64,000 nt of DNA from an uncultured Clostridia bacterium (GCA_947625615.1 CANQPB010000006.1:22652-86651); one strand, 5' to 3'; shown: positions 51,875-60,987, counted from the stretch's first letter. The notes: generated by a model from the letters alone, not told the origin. Made by a program: numbers and translations.

Positions 51875-52660
51875 TTGGCAAGAATTTACCCGCTTTTTTC
51901 CTCGAGCAGCGGCAACGCCCATTTTATCGGCACCCCCGAGGGAGGCATACTTATCGACGCGGGCGTGAGCTGCAGGCGGCTCGCGTCGGCGCTGAGGCTG
52001 AACGGAATCGAGCCGCAGGCGGTGCGCGCCGTATTTGTCACCCACGATCATTCCGACCACATCGGCGGGCTGAAGACATTCACAAAGTGCTTTAAGACGC
52101 CGGTTTACGCCTCGGCGGGAACCCTTAGCTACCTCGAGCGGCAGGAGATGCTCTGCGGGTGCCGGGCGGAGGTTGTCGGCGAAAGCGGCGCCGAGGCCGG
52201 CGGATTTTTCGTCACGGCGTTTCACACTCCGCACGATGCGCTTGAAAGCGTCGGCTTCAAGATACATACCCCCGACGGGAAGATCTGCGCCGTCTGCACC
52301 GACCTCGGGCACGTCACCGAGGAGATCGACAGGAAGCTTTCCGGCTGCGGGCTGGTGCTTTTGGAATCCAACTACGATGAGAATATGTTAAGAATGGGGC
52401 CGTATCCCTATCCATTAAAAAAGCGGATCGCCTCGCCGAACGGCCATCTTTCGAACCGCGACAGCGCCCGCGAGGTGAAGCGGCTGATCGAATCGGGCAC
52501 GAGGAGGATTATCCTCGGCCACCTGAGCCGCGAGAACAACACCCCGGCGGTCGCCGAAAGAACCCTTGAGGAGACCCTTGGCGGGGAAATCATCAGAAAC
52601 CGCGACTACATGCTTACCGTGGCCCCGGTGGAAACCTCCGGCCTGAGCATATCCTTTTAG
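51875..52660 (+). CDS. MBL-fold metallo-hydrolase
   Basis: The HxHxDH motif is VTHDHSDHIGG. The N-terminus is LFSSSSGNA. The start is TTG. Confidence 0.8.
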   Translation: MARIYPLFSSSSGNAHFIGTPEGGILIDAGVSCRRLASALRLNGIEPQAVRAVFVTHDHSDHIGGLKTFTKCFKTPVYASAGTLSYLERQEMLCGCRAEVVGESGAEAGGFFVTAFHTPHDALESVGFKIHTPDGKICAVCTDLGHVTEEIDRKLSGCGLVLLESNYDENMLRMGPYPYPLKKRIASPNGHLSNRDSAREVKRLIESGTRRIILGHLSRENNTPAVAERTLEETLGGEIIRNRDYMLTVAPVETSGLSISF

Positions 52661-52666
52661 GGGGCG

Positions 52667-53158
52667 GTGAAAATGACAGCAGTAAATATAGTCTGCGTGG
52701 GAAAGCTCAAAGAGGCCTACTGGCGGGACGCCTGCGCGGAATATTCAAAGAGGCTATCGGCCTACTGCCGCTTTTCGGTGGCCGAGCTTGCGGAGGCGAG
52801 GCTGGGGCAAAATCCCTCGCAGGGCGAGATAGCCGCCGCGCTCGCCGCCGAGGCAAAATCGATAGCGCCCTATCTCGGGGCAAAATCGGCTCTGAATATT
52901 GCGCTGTGCGTTGAAGGAATCCAGATTTCAAGCGAGGATTTGGCCGGGAGGATCTCGGACGGCGCGGTCTCGGGGATAAGCACCGTGAACTTTTTTATCG
53001 GCAGCTCCTTCGGGCTCGACCCCGGGGTAAAGTCCGCCTGCGATTTAAGGCTGAGCCTTTCAAAGATGACGCTCCCCCACCAGCTTGCGAGGGTGGTGCT
53101 CTGCGAGCAGATATACCGCGCGTTCACGATAATCGCCGGCGGGAAATATCATAAGTGA
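52667..53158 (+). CDS. rlmH: 23S rRNA (pseudouridine1915-N3)-methyltransferase
   Basis: VCVGKLKEAYWRDACAEYSKRL...FFIGSSFGL...LSLSKMTLPHQLARVVLCEQIYRAF. SPOUT fold of about 160 aa. Confidence 0.9.
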   Translation: MKMTAVNIVCVGKLKEAYWRDACAEYSKRLSAYCRFSVAELAEARLGQNPSQGEIAAALAAEAKSIAPYLGAKSALNIALCVEGIQISSEDLAGRISDGAVSGISTVNFFIGSSFGLDPGVKSACDLRLSLSKMTLPHQLARVVLCEQIYRAFTIIAGGKYHK

Positions 53159-53202
53159 GATTGAGTTTAGCTCCCCCCCTGTTGCCGAAACGGCGGGGGA
53201 GT

Positions 53203-53590
53203 TTTTATTTGCCTCGCTTGCTCGGCAAAGCGGGGAGCGATGCTGTGCTTGCGCTTTTACGCATTCGATAAGCACCACACCAAGAGTGCCTCGCGAGCTT
53301 CGATTTTATGGGACGCCTTTGGGAACACGCCCCTCCCCTTGAGGCCGCGGTCGCGCCGTTCGCCGCAAGGTGAACGGCCGGGTGACGGGGTGGAACCCCC
53401 TCTCCCTCCGCGAGGGAGAGGGGGCAGGGGGTGAGACAGGCACGCAACGCGAAAGTATTCTGCAAAATCGCACTTTGGTTTTGCGTTGCGCTGCAAAGCC
53501 GCCTCGGCACCGCCTCGGGTTTGCTGACGCAAACACCGGCTTTGCCAAACTTTCCTGCGAAGGTTTGAAAAGGCCGGCGAAAACTTTTTT
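53203..53590 (-). repeat. family-A element, copy A3 (inverted orientation)
   Basis: It begins TTTTTATTTGCCTCGCTTGCTCGGCAAAGCGGGG (rc of the A1 3' end). It ends AAAAGGCCGGCGAAAACTTTTTT (rc of the A1 5' end). Confidence 0.65.
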
Positions 53591-53772
53591 CTATACATGT
53601 GGCGTTGCCACGTTGTCATGCTTTGCTCTAACGCCGGAATGATTAAATTCTGTGCAAAAAACAAAAAAATATGAAATTTCCTCTTGACTTATCGGCGCGG
53701 GTAGTGCATGATAAAGGTGCGGCCGAAGGCTGCGAAAATCACACGTCCGCACGGCCTGAAAGGAGAACAGCT

Positions 53773-54741
53773 ATGAGCGATAAAATTTTCGTCCCGGTCA
53801 ACCCGAACGCCTCGGAGGGCGTCAGAAACGTAATGAAATATCTTTCGGATATTTCGGGAGAAAAAATAGTCACCGGCCAGCATACGCAGACGATGGATCA
53901 GGCGGAGCTCCACTACATAGAAAAGGTCACCGGCAGACAGCCCGCGCTTTTGGGCTTCGAGCTTCTGTCCTATTCGCCGAACATAAACTATCTCGACACC
54001 GACGGAGAGTGCATGGACGAGGTCGAGAGAAACTACGGAACCCTTAAGCACGCCTGGAAATGGGCCGAGCAGAAGGGGCTTATCACCTTTACCTGGCATT
54101 GGTTCTCGCCGCTCGGCGGGCGCTCGAAGTCATTCTTCACAAGAAACACCGACTTTGACGCTTCTAAGGCGATTATCGACGGAACGCCGGAAAACCGGGC
54201 GCTTTTATCCGACATGGACTGCATGGCGGGGCTGCTGAGGCCGTTTTGCGACCGCGGCGTGCCTATTCTCTGGAGACCGTTTCACGAGGGGGACGGCGGC
54301 TGGTTCTGGTGGGGAGCAAAAGGCCCCAAGACCGTCAAAAAGCTGTTCAGGATAATGTATAAGCGCTATACCGATCTGCACCGCCTCAACAACCTTATAT
54401 GGGTGTGAAACGCGCCCCTGCCCGAGTGCTATCCCGGCGACGACGTAACCGACATAATCTCGCGGGACATGTATCCCGCCCCGCACGACCACACCGCGCA
54501 GGAGGAAAAATATTACGAGCTTTTAAAGATCACCGAGGCCAAAAAGATAGCCGCCATCGGTGAGACGGGCATTCTGCCCGACGTTGACGCCATTCACGGC
54601 GGCGGCATCGGCTGGACGTATTACATGACCTGGTCGGGAAAATTCTGCCTCGGCGAGAAGGCGAACCGCAACGATTATTTAAACGCCCTCTATCACAACC
54701 CCTGGGCGGTCACCAAGGAAGACCTGCCCGAGCTATACTGA
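53773..54741 (+). pseudogene. GH26-family beta-mannanase-like gene with an in-frame TGA (54406-54408) at a conserved Trp position
   Basis: The ATG at 53773 follows AAAGGAG. WHWFSP, WRPFHEGDGGWFWWG and NNLIWV*NAPLPECYPGDDVTDIISRDMY are present. ORFs 53671..54408 and 54469..54741 share one frame. Confidence 0.7.
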
Positions 54742-54787
54742 GAACCCGCCCCGCTTCGCGTGGCGGGTTCTGCAAGGCGTGGGTATA

Positions 54788-55097
54788 TTTTTTTATTTGC
54801 CTCGCAAAGCTCGGCAAATTGGGGGAAACCCTTAACAAGGTTTTCCCCCACAACCCTTTTCCGAATGCGATGCGCCGCAGGCGCATCGCCGGGGGAACCC
54901 CCGACGAGGGTTCCCCCGGCCCGAAACAGTCCACCGGACTGATTTCGGGCTCCCCTTCCTGCGTTTTGTTTTGCATTTTCCGGAGCGTGCCTGCTCGGCC
55001 CGCTCCGGAAAGTTCCGCGACTTCGGTCGCGGCCAGAGGCTCCTCGCCTCTGGACTCTCGCAAACCTTTTGAAAAAGGTTTGATCGAAAACTCTTCT
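54788..55097 (-). repeat. family-A element, copy A4 (inverted orientation, degenerate distal end)
   Basis: It begins TTTTTTTATTTGCCTCGCAAAGCTCGGCAAAT. It contains the CAGTCCACCGGACTG hairpin and ends CCTTTTGAAAAAGGTTTGATCGAAAACTCTTCT. Confidence 0.6.
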
Positions 55098-55109
55098 ATT
55101 TAGTTGGCC

Positions 55110-56930
55110 TTATTCTCCCCTGATCTCGCTGAAATTCTCCGATTCGATCCGCCAACTCGTGCCGTCAGGGCCGGTCTTTTTAAAGCCGATTTCCTGCACG
55201 TAAAATGCCGTGTCGATTTCGCCGCTGCCTCCGGTGAGAAGCTTTACCGTAAAGCTGTCCGCCGAAGCCTCCGTCACCTGCCAGACGGCGTTTTGCCGCA
55301 CCGCATTGCCGCCGGCAAAGCCGGTTGTATAAAGCTTTCCGTCGATGTCGGCGTAGTATTCAAATCCGCGGTACTTGTCGGCGGGCTCGCCGGTGAATGT
55401 TTCGTCGATGAGGCCGTACCAGCTTTCGGCGCTGAGGAAAGCCGGGTCGGCGACCTCGTAGAACGGGTAAACGCTCCCGTCGGCAGTCATTCTCTCAATA
55501 TAGTTTTCGGGATCCGAAAGATTGAACTCCACCCCCGGCGCGCCGACGTTCAGCGAGCTTCTCTCACTCTCCATTATAAAACGCCTGTTCATAAGCAGGT
55601 TGATAATCTCATCTGTAGAAATATCCGGCTTTTCGGCAAACTCGCCGAAGGGGTCGTCGTTGACGCACAAAAACTGCGGCGTCTGAATGTCATATGATAA
55701 ATCGTCAAAATAGGGGATCATATTGCGGTCGGCGTACGCTATCCGCCAGCCGTCCTGAGTTTTCATGACGGTATACCAGCAGACGAGCCTTGTGTGAAGC
55801 GTGAGCTTGTCGCCGTCGTTGGGAGCAAACCGCGCGATCATGTCTATTCTGCCCTCCTCGGGGGAGCAGCTTCTTATAGTCGTGCCCTCTAAACGGTATT
55901 CGGCCTCAAGGCTTCCGCCCAGCGGGGAGACATAAATTTTGCCGTCGCTTTCAACCGCACGCTCTCTGAAATCCTCGGTGTAGATCTTATCCTCTTCGGC
56001 CAAAAACGCCGAAAAATCACCGTTAAAGGGGTCGTTTTTAAGCTGCATGAATACGCCGTCGGTTTCGTGAATTAAAAGCTCGTCGGGGTCAAGGTTCCCG
56101 GCATAGTGTGTGAGATTATAAAAATCCGCGTCCCGCCCGATGAGCTCCCTCAAAGCGTTACCGTCGAGCTCCAGCATTTCGGTCTCGGAAGTGTTGATAT
56201 CATAAATAAAGTAAAATTCGTTTCCCTCGGGATCGCACGCCGTGAACTGCAAGGCCGAATCGTTCAGCCATTTGAAGCCGTTCGCCATGACTTCATACCC
56301 CTCCGGCGGGTCGATGCGTGTCTCCTTAGATGAGTAAAGATCAAAAAGCCATATCGCACCCAAATCGTAGCAGTTAGAGCTGTCGGTTATAATGTCGCCG
56401 TCGCAGAATTTGTTGGAATAGTAGGCGAGTGTCGGCTTTTCGACGTTGCCGCGTTTGCCGTTTAAAATGCAGCCGTCGCACCAAGAAAGCGTGGTGGTCT
56501 TGCCCGTTATCGAATTGTAGAACTCGTCGGGGGTGTGGCCCGAAAGCTCATCGGGCAGCAGCGAGGTTGCCGAGAGGTCGTCGGTGTTGACAAGATACTG
56601 CCTCGTCATTCCGCTCAGTTTGGGGTCGCCGACGGCGACGATAAGCTCGTTACCCGAGAGCATGATCACCCTGTTTTTTGATTCGACAAGGTAGATCTCG
56701 CCGTAAAAATCGCGACAAACCGTGAGGTTTACGCTGCCCTCCGGCAAATCAAGCTCCACGTCCTCCAAGGTGTATTTCGGTATCTGCGGCTCGGCGGGGA
56801 TCTCCTCGCCGACTGGTTCGGTGTCCTTCTCGGCGGGCTCAGGATCGTTGACCGAGGGGGTGCCGTCTGCCGAGCAGCCCGCGGCCATGATAAGCATAGC
56901 CGCCGCAAGCAGAATGGATAAAATTTTCAT
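55110..56930 (-). CDS. large secreted lipoprotein of unknown function
   Basis: The signal peptide has the lipobox MKILSILLAAAMLIMAAGC. 606 aa. I recognise no domain. Confidence 0.6.
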   Translation of the reverse strand: MKILSILLAAAMLIMAAGCSADGTPSVNDPEPAEKDTEPVGEEIPAEPQIPKYTLEDVELDLPEGSVNLTVCRDFYGEIYLVESKNRVIMLSGNELIVAVGDPKLSGMTRQYLVNTDDLSATSLLPDELSGHTPDEFYNSITGKTTTLSWCDGCILNGKRGNVEKPTLAYYSNKFCDGDIITDSSNCYDLGAIWLFDLYSSKETRIDPPEGYEVMANGFKWLNDSALQFTACDPEGNEFYFIYDINTSETEMLELDGNALRELIGRDADFYNLTHYAGNLDPDELLIHETDGVFMQLKNDPFNGDFSAFLAEEDKIYTEDFRERAVESDGKIYVSPLGGSLEAEYRLEGTTIRSCSPEEGRIDMIARFAPNDGDKLTLHTRLVCWYTVMKTQDGWRIAYADRNMIPYFDDLSYDIQTPQFLCVNDDPFGEFAEKPDISTDEIINLLMNRRFIMESERSSLNVGAPGVEFNLSDPENYIERMTADGSVYPFYEVADPAFLSAESWYGLIDETFTGEPADKYRGFEYYADIDGKLYTTGFAGGNAVRQNAVWQVTEASADSFTVKLLTGGSGEIDTAFYVQEIGFKKTGPDGTSWRIESENFSEIRGE

Positions 56931-57005
56931 CTGTATAAAACTCCTTTCGCAGTCTCAGCGTAAACTGATTATACCGCCGGCAAAAAATAATGTCAATAGA
57001 ATTAT

Positions 57006-57719
57006 CTAATCTGTTACCGAATTGTAATTGTGCATTTCCGCCCGCCCGGTAAGCTTTAAGATACCGTCCGCCGCAATTTCGGTGACATCGCCGACAAACC
57101 TGTCCGCCCCGTCGGCGCGAAGATAAAGGTATGGCCGTGTGTCTATATCCGGCCATTCGGCGGAATAAAACCTTTCTATCCGCTCGCGGGTCACGTCAAA
57201 GGCGTCGGAGCCGAAGATAGGCAGATATACGTTCGGGAAGTTTTTTGCGGCCGTGAATATTCGGTAGGCCTCAAGATCGGGGTGGGCGCGAAGGTATAAA
57301 AAATCGAGGCCGTACCAGTCGCCCTTTAATTTGTTTATCAGCCCGGCGTGATCTTTAAGATTCTCCTCGGCATGCTCTGAAAGCGCGGGGTGGACGATTT
57401 TATAAGACCAGTAAAAATCGGTGAGCAGGTGGCAGTAATATCCGAGATAAAAGGAAAGCGCGGCGGGGGAGTAATCTTTGATTTTTTCGGGAGGGAGGTA
57501 TTCCCCCGCAAATTTTTCGTAATCCGCCATTTTATAGCCGTCAAAGAGAGACTGAAAGTGGGACACGCTTTTCGGGGGATCGTATCCGCCGGCGGCGTTC
57601 GGCAGGCCGCTGTCCGGCGCGACGTTGCCGAAGACGAATTCGGTTTTACATAAGCCTCCGAAGCTTTTCAGGAGATTTTCCGCGATCCGAAAATGAATTA
57701 TCCAAGAAGCCATTGACAT
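57006..57719 (-). CDS. hypothetical protein, possibly zinc-dependent phospholipase C / P1-nuclease-like fold
   Basis: 237 aa. The N-terminus WIIHFRIAENL...GNVAPDSG and later H/D-rich helices are suggestive only. Confidence 0.4.
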   Translation of the reverse strand: MSMASWIIHFRIAENLLKSFGGLCKTEFVFGNVAPDSGLPNAAGGYDPPKSVSHFQSLFDGYKMADYEKFAGEYLPPEKIKDYSPAALSFYLGYYCHLLTDFYWSYKIVHPALSEHAEENLKDHAGLINKLKGDWYGLDFLYLRAHPDLEAYRIFTAAKNFPNVYLPIFGSDAFDVTRERIERFYSAEWPDIDTRPYLYLRADGADRFVGDVTEIAADGILKLTGRAEMHNYNSVTD

Positions 57720-57786
57720 TTCCCCCTTTTTGGATTATTATACTGTTTACCGAAGAAAGTGTCAATACACAGAATGGAGCATAAAA

Positions 57787-58530
57787 ATGGCGGATCAGTT
57801 CATGAGATCGGAGCTTATTTTCGGCGCCGAGGCGATAAACCGGCTGAAATCGGCGCGGGTGGCGGTTTTCGGAATAGGCGGAGTAGGCGGATATGCCGTC
57901 GAGGCGCTGGCGCGCGGCGGAGTGGGCGCGCTCGACCTTATCGACGGAGACAGCGTCAGCCTGACCAACTTAAATCGCCAGATAATTGCCCTGCATTCGA
58001 CGGTGGGAATGCCGAAGGCGGAGGTCGCAAGGCGGCGTGTGCTTGACATCAACCCGGAGTGCAGGGTGAGGGCGTGCGAGCTCTTTTTCGCCGGTGAAAA
58101 CGCCGGGGAGTTCAATTTTAAGGACTACGACTATGTTGTCGACGCGATAGACAGCGTCGGCAGCAAGCTTGATCTCATATCTGCCTGCGCAAAGGAAAAC
58201 GTGCCGATAATCAGCGCGATGGGCGCCGGCAGCAAGCTCGACCCGACGGGATTTGAGGTTGCGGACATCTATGAAACGTCGGTCTGCCCGCTTGCGAGGG
58301 TGATGCGCCGCGAGCTGAAAAAGCGCGGCATAGACCGTCTTAAGGTTGTGTATTCCAAGGAGCAGCCCGCCGAACCCGACGCCGCCGCAGCCGAGGCATG
58401 CGCCGCCGAGGGGGATCTCAAAGCGGGCAGGGTGCCTCCCGGAAGCGTTTCTTTCGTGCCGCCGGTCATGGGACTTATCATCGCGGGCGAGGTGATAAAG
58501 GACATCATATCCGCGGGGGAGCAGCGATAG
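57787..58530 (+). CDS. tcdA: ThiF/MoeB-family tRNA threonylcarbamoyladenosine dehydratase
   Basis: FGIGGVGGYAVEALARGGVGALDLIDGDSVSLTNLNRQ. The ATG at 57787 was chosen over the upstream ORF-track start. Confidence 0.8.
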   Translation: MADQFMRSELIFGAEAINRLKSARVAVFGIGGVGGYAVEALARGGVGALDLIDGDSVSLTNLNRQIIALHSTVGMPKAEVARRRVLDINPECRVRACELFFAGENAGEFNFKDYDYVVDAIDSVGSKLDLISACAKENVPIISAMGAGSKLDPTGFEVADIYETSVCPLARVMRRELKKRGIDRLKVVYSKEQPAEPDAAAAEACAAEGDLKAGRVPPGSVSFVPPVMGLIIAGEVIKDIISAGEQR

Positions 58531-58557
58531 AGATCCGAAAAAAATTTAAAAAAGGTA

Positions 58558-58586
58558 TTGACAAACCCCGCGCGATTTGATATAAT
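58558..58586 (+). promoter_or_regulatory. consensus promoter of tRNA-Val
   Basis: TTGACA (58558-58563), 17 nt, then TATAAT (58581-58586). Confidence 0.65.
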
Positions 58587-58614
58587 CACACTGTTACCAC
58601 CAAAAATTGAATAT

Positions 58615-58690
58615 GAGGGTATAGCTCAGCTGGTAGAGCACCTGCTTGACGTGCAGGGGGTCATAGGTTCGAGTCCTATTATCCTCACCA
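58615..58690 (+). tRNA. tRNA-Val (anticodon GAC), CCA encoded
   Basis: The acceptor stem is GAGGGTA/TATCCTC. The D arm is AGCTCAGCTGGTAGAGC. The anticodon stem is CCTGC/GCAGG with loop TTGACGT. The T arm is GGTTCGAGTCC. Length 76 nt. Confidence 0.9.
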
Positions 58691-58905
58691 AGTTTAAGGG
58701 TCAAAATAGATGAAACCCTGTAAAATCCCGTAAACAAAGCGTTTGCGGGAATTTTTGTATGTAATTTCAGCTTATAATTTTATAGATGAAGTCGAGCAGC
58801 TGAAAGGAAATGAACCGGATCCAAACGGGTTTGAAATCGAATAATCACCAAGCCAAGTTATGACTATCATAGCTTGGCTTTTTTATTTTTCCGAAAGGAG
58901 GGTAT

Positions 58906-59751
58906 ATGCTATATGTAAACCTAACAACACCCGAGCAGAACGTCAAGATAAAAACACCCTTTTTCTCGGAAGCGATTCGTGACTATCTGCTCCATATCGG
59001 CGTTCCCGAAAATCTTTCACGGATTAAGCTGTCAAATAAGGAAGACAGCCCGATCAGAATCACCCTGTCAGGCGAGACTGAGTATGACAGACACCTTGCG
59101 AAAATCTTTTCACCGCTGAATTCTTTGTTTGAATTGAATATGACAATCCAAGCACTTGAAGATCTTGACCTGCGTATCAAAGATAACATCACAAATAATA
59201 TTGTGAAAGACAAATACTACTCGCTCCGTGAGCTAAGACAAGGCCTGCGGAGCGAGTTTTTGTCTTTGGGAGATGTTTCGGAGGTCTTTTATTTCCCGAT
59301 TTCGGGAATTATATACTTCGACGATGACTGCCGGTATTATGACATTGCCTCGGTGGAAGAACTGTTAAATAACGAAGACATCATCAGGGAACACCTTCAT
59401 ACTCTGCCGTTTGCAAGCGGTATTTTTATGCATGAATGTTACGAAGGTCTTGGCAGGGAAAAACTCACTTATGCTGAATGGGACGTTGAGGAATGGGAAG
59501 GCGCACTCTACGGCTCAGTGTCGGCGAGATTCACAGAGCCGCTTAATGCAGACGAAACCGAATCATTTAAGGATTGGATTTTTCACGAAAACGCTGAACG
59601 CTTCGGGGCATTGGTCGGCGACACGGATATACTCACCGAGGAAGGGATACTTAATCTGCGTCTTTGGAATTCGGAGGGGTATTTTATCCTATCTTACGGC
59701 GAAATGCTCAGATATGTCTATCATAGAGATGACATCGCATTTGCAGGTTAA
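58906..59751 (+). CDS. acidic hypothetical protein, tandem paralog 1
   Basis: 281 aa with AGGAGGG upstream. It shares blocks with the next ORF (YYFPISG, LYGSVSARFTEPL..E.FKDWI). Confidence 0.65.
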   Translation: MLYVNLTTPEQNVKIKTPFFSEAIRDYLLHIGVPENLSRIKLSNKEDSPIRITLSGETEYDRHLAKIFSPLNSLFELNMTIQALEDLDLRIKDNITNNIVKDKYYSLRELRQGLRSEFLSLGDVSEVFYFPISGIIYFDDDCRYYDIASVEELLNNEDIIREHLHTLPFASGIFMHECYEGLGREKLTYAEWDVEEWEGALYGSVSARFTEPLNADETESFKDWIFHENAERFGALVGDTDILTEEGILNLRLWNSEGYFILSYGEMLRYVYHRDDIAFAG

Positions 59752-59811
59752 TCTTTCGGTCAGGGTCAGGGATCGGAAGAACTAAATATATTTGATGAAA
59801 GGAAGATCAGT

Positions 59812-60651
59812 ATGATTAAAGCGATAATCACTGCAGAAGGACAGACAAAAGAGTTTGAATTTCCACTCAACCGAGAAACGGAATATTTTTCGCAACTCAA
59901 AGAAATGGGCGTGCTCATGCCGCTTTGGGCTGTGAAGGTTTCAAACGCCGAACACGCTTTCCCGAAGGTCACGCTCACCTCTGATTCGGACTTCGGCGCA
60001 CATCTTGTAAAGCTGTTTGACGGCTGCACGCTCGGAGAGGTCAATGATATGACGGAGGCTATTTTAAAAACTCGCGAAGATATTCGCACTGAGCTTGAAC
60101 AGGACATTATTCACGATCAATATATCTCCCCGGAAGAAGTGTATGATAGCATTCACGAAATGACATACAGCCTCGGAAGCGTTACCGAAACTTATTATTT
60201 CCCTCTTTCGGGAGAGATTTACGATCCCGAATACGACGGAGCGTTTGAGATTGACAACTATACAATGCTCGGCAATTTAGGTCTCATTTCCGAAAGGCTT
60301 GCCTGTTACATCGGTCGGGGCGAAAACATGGCAAGCTATTTTGACGGCGCAGGTCACGAAAAGGTGCTCCTTGCTGATTGGGGATTTGCCGAGTTAAACG
60401 GTGTTCTCTACGGAAAGGTAGACGCGAGGTTGACCGAGCCCTTTATTCGCGAAGAAAAAGAGGCTTTCAGGGATTGGATTCGCGGTCAGAACAGCGACGG
60501 ACTCGGAGAGGGCTTTGAGCAAAGGGAGATCAGAACCGAGGATGGCGACCTGTATGTATCTTTCTGGCACAGCGGGAATGATTACTTTGTCTACGATCAG
60601 AACGAGATGTCAGCGTACTTAAATCAAAATATGAGCCTGGGAGGAATGTGA
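59812..60651 (+). CDS. acidic hypothetical protein, tandem paralog 2
   Basis: 279 aa. Shared blocks YYFPLSG and LYGKVDARLTEPF..EAFRDWI. By eye about 30% identity to paralog 1. Confidence 0.65.
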   Translation: MIKAIITAEGQTKEFEFPLNRETEYFSQLKEMGVLMPLWAVKVSNAEHAFPKVTLTSDSDFGAHLVKLFDGCTLGEVNDMTEAILKTREDIRTELEQDIIHDQYISPEEVYDSIHEMTYSLGSVTETYYFPLSGEIYDPEYDGAFEIDNYTMLGNLGLISERLACYIGRGENMASYFDGAGHEKVLLADWGFAELNGVLYGKVDARLTEPFIREEKEAFRDWIRGQNSDGLGEGFEQREIRTEDGDLYVSFWHSGNDYFVYDQNEMSAYLNQNMSLGGM

Positions 60652-60653
60652 AC

Positions 60654-60968
60654 ATGGCAGTTGTATTTTCAAAGGTAACACTGACCGCCGAAACCAAAAA
60701 GGATTGTCTGCAATTTTTAGTCGGAGGAAATCCGAGGGAGTTTAACGACCTTAAAGGTTGAACCTTTTTTGATAACTATCTCAAATCAATCGACGAGGAT
60801 ATAAAAATCAAAGTTCACGCTGACGCTTACATTTACGGCGAGGGTGAAAGAGTTGCCGCCACCCCCTGCGAGGTTGCGTATATGTATAAGCGAATCGAGG
60901 GTGACCCGAATTTTCTCAATTCAAGATGTACGGTCATAGATAAAACGGACTTTACGTTTCTGTGGTAA
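60654..60968 (+). pseudogene. 104-codon reading frame interrupted by one in-frame TGA (60759-60761)
   Basis: The ATG at 60654 opens MAVVFSKVTLTAETKKDCLQFLVGGNPREFNDLKG, then TGA. The same frame stays open 68 more codons (TFFDNYLKSIDEDIKIKVHADAYIYGEGERVAATPCEV...FTFLW) with no internal start until codon 77. Confidence 0.45.
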
Positions 60969-60987
60969 ATATTCCAAGGAGGTTTTT

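Noticed and set aside
26243-55097. Could the GC-rich repeated hairpin regions be CRISPR arrays?
   Set aside because: There are no regularly spaced identical direct repeats with unique spacers. The repeats are modular hairpins of differing length and order. No cas genes are in the window.
58683-58860. A short match TCACCAAG between the tRNA-Val 3' end (58685-58692) and 58846-58853, considered as a possible att repeat.
   Set aside because: It is only 8 nt and sits about 160 nt from the tRNA inside the same AT-rich DNA. The second copy belongs to a terminator-like hairpin (AAGCCAAG..CTTGGCTTTTTT). It is not credible as an element boundary.
54406-60761. Two in-frame TGA codons at Trp-compatible positions (GH26 at 54406, island ORF at 60759) suggested a TGA-to-Trp (code 4-like) reassignment.
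   Set aside because: Many clearly complete genes in both host and island end on TGA at the expected C-terminus (pgm 24392, degV, argS, trkH, paralog 2 at 60649-60651, dcm at 62494-62496). The standard code applies. The two cases are treated as nonsense mutations or leaky stops.
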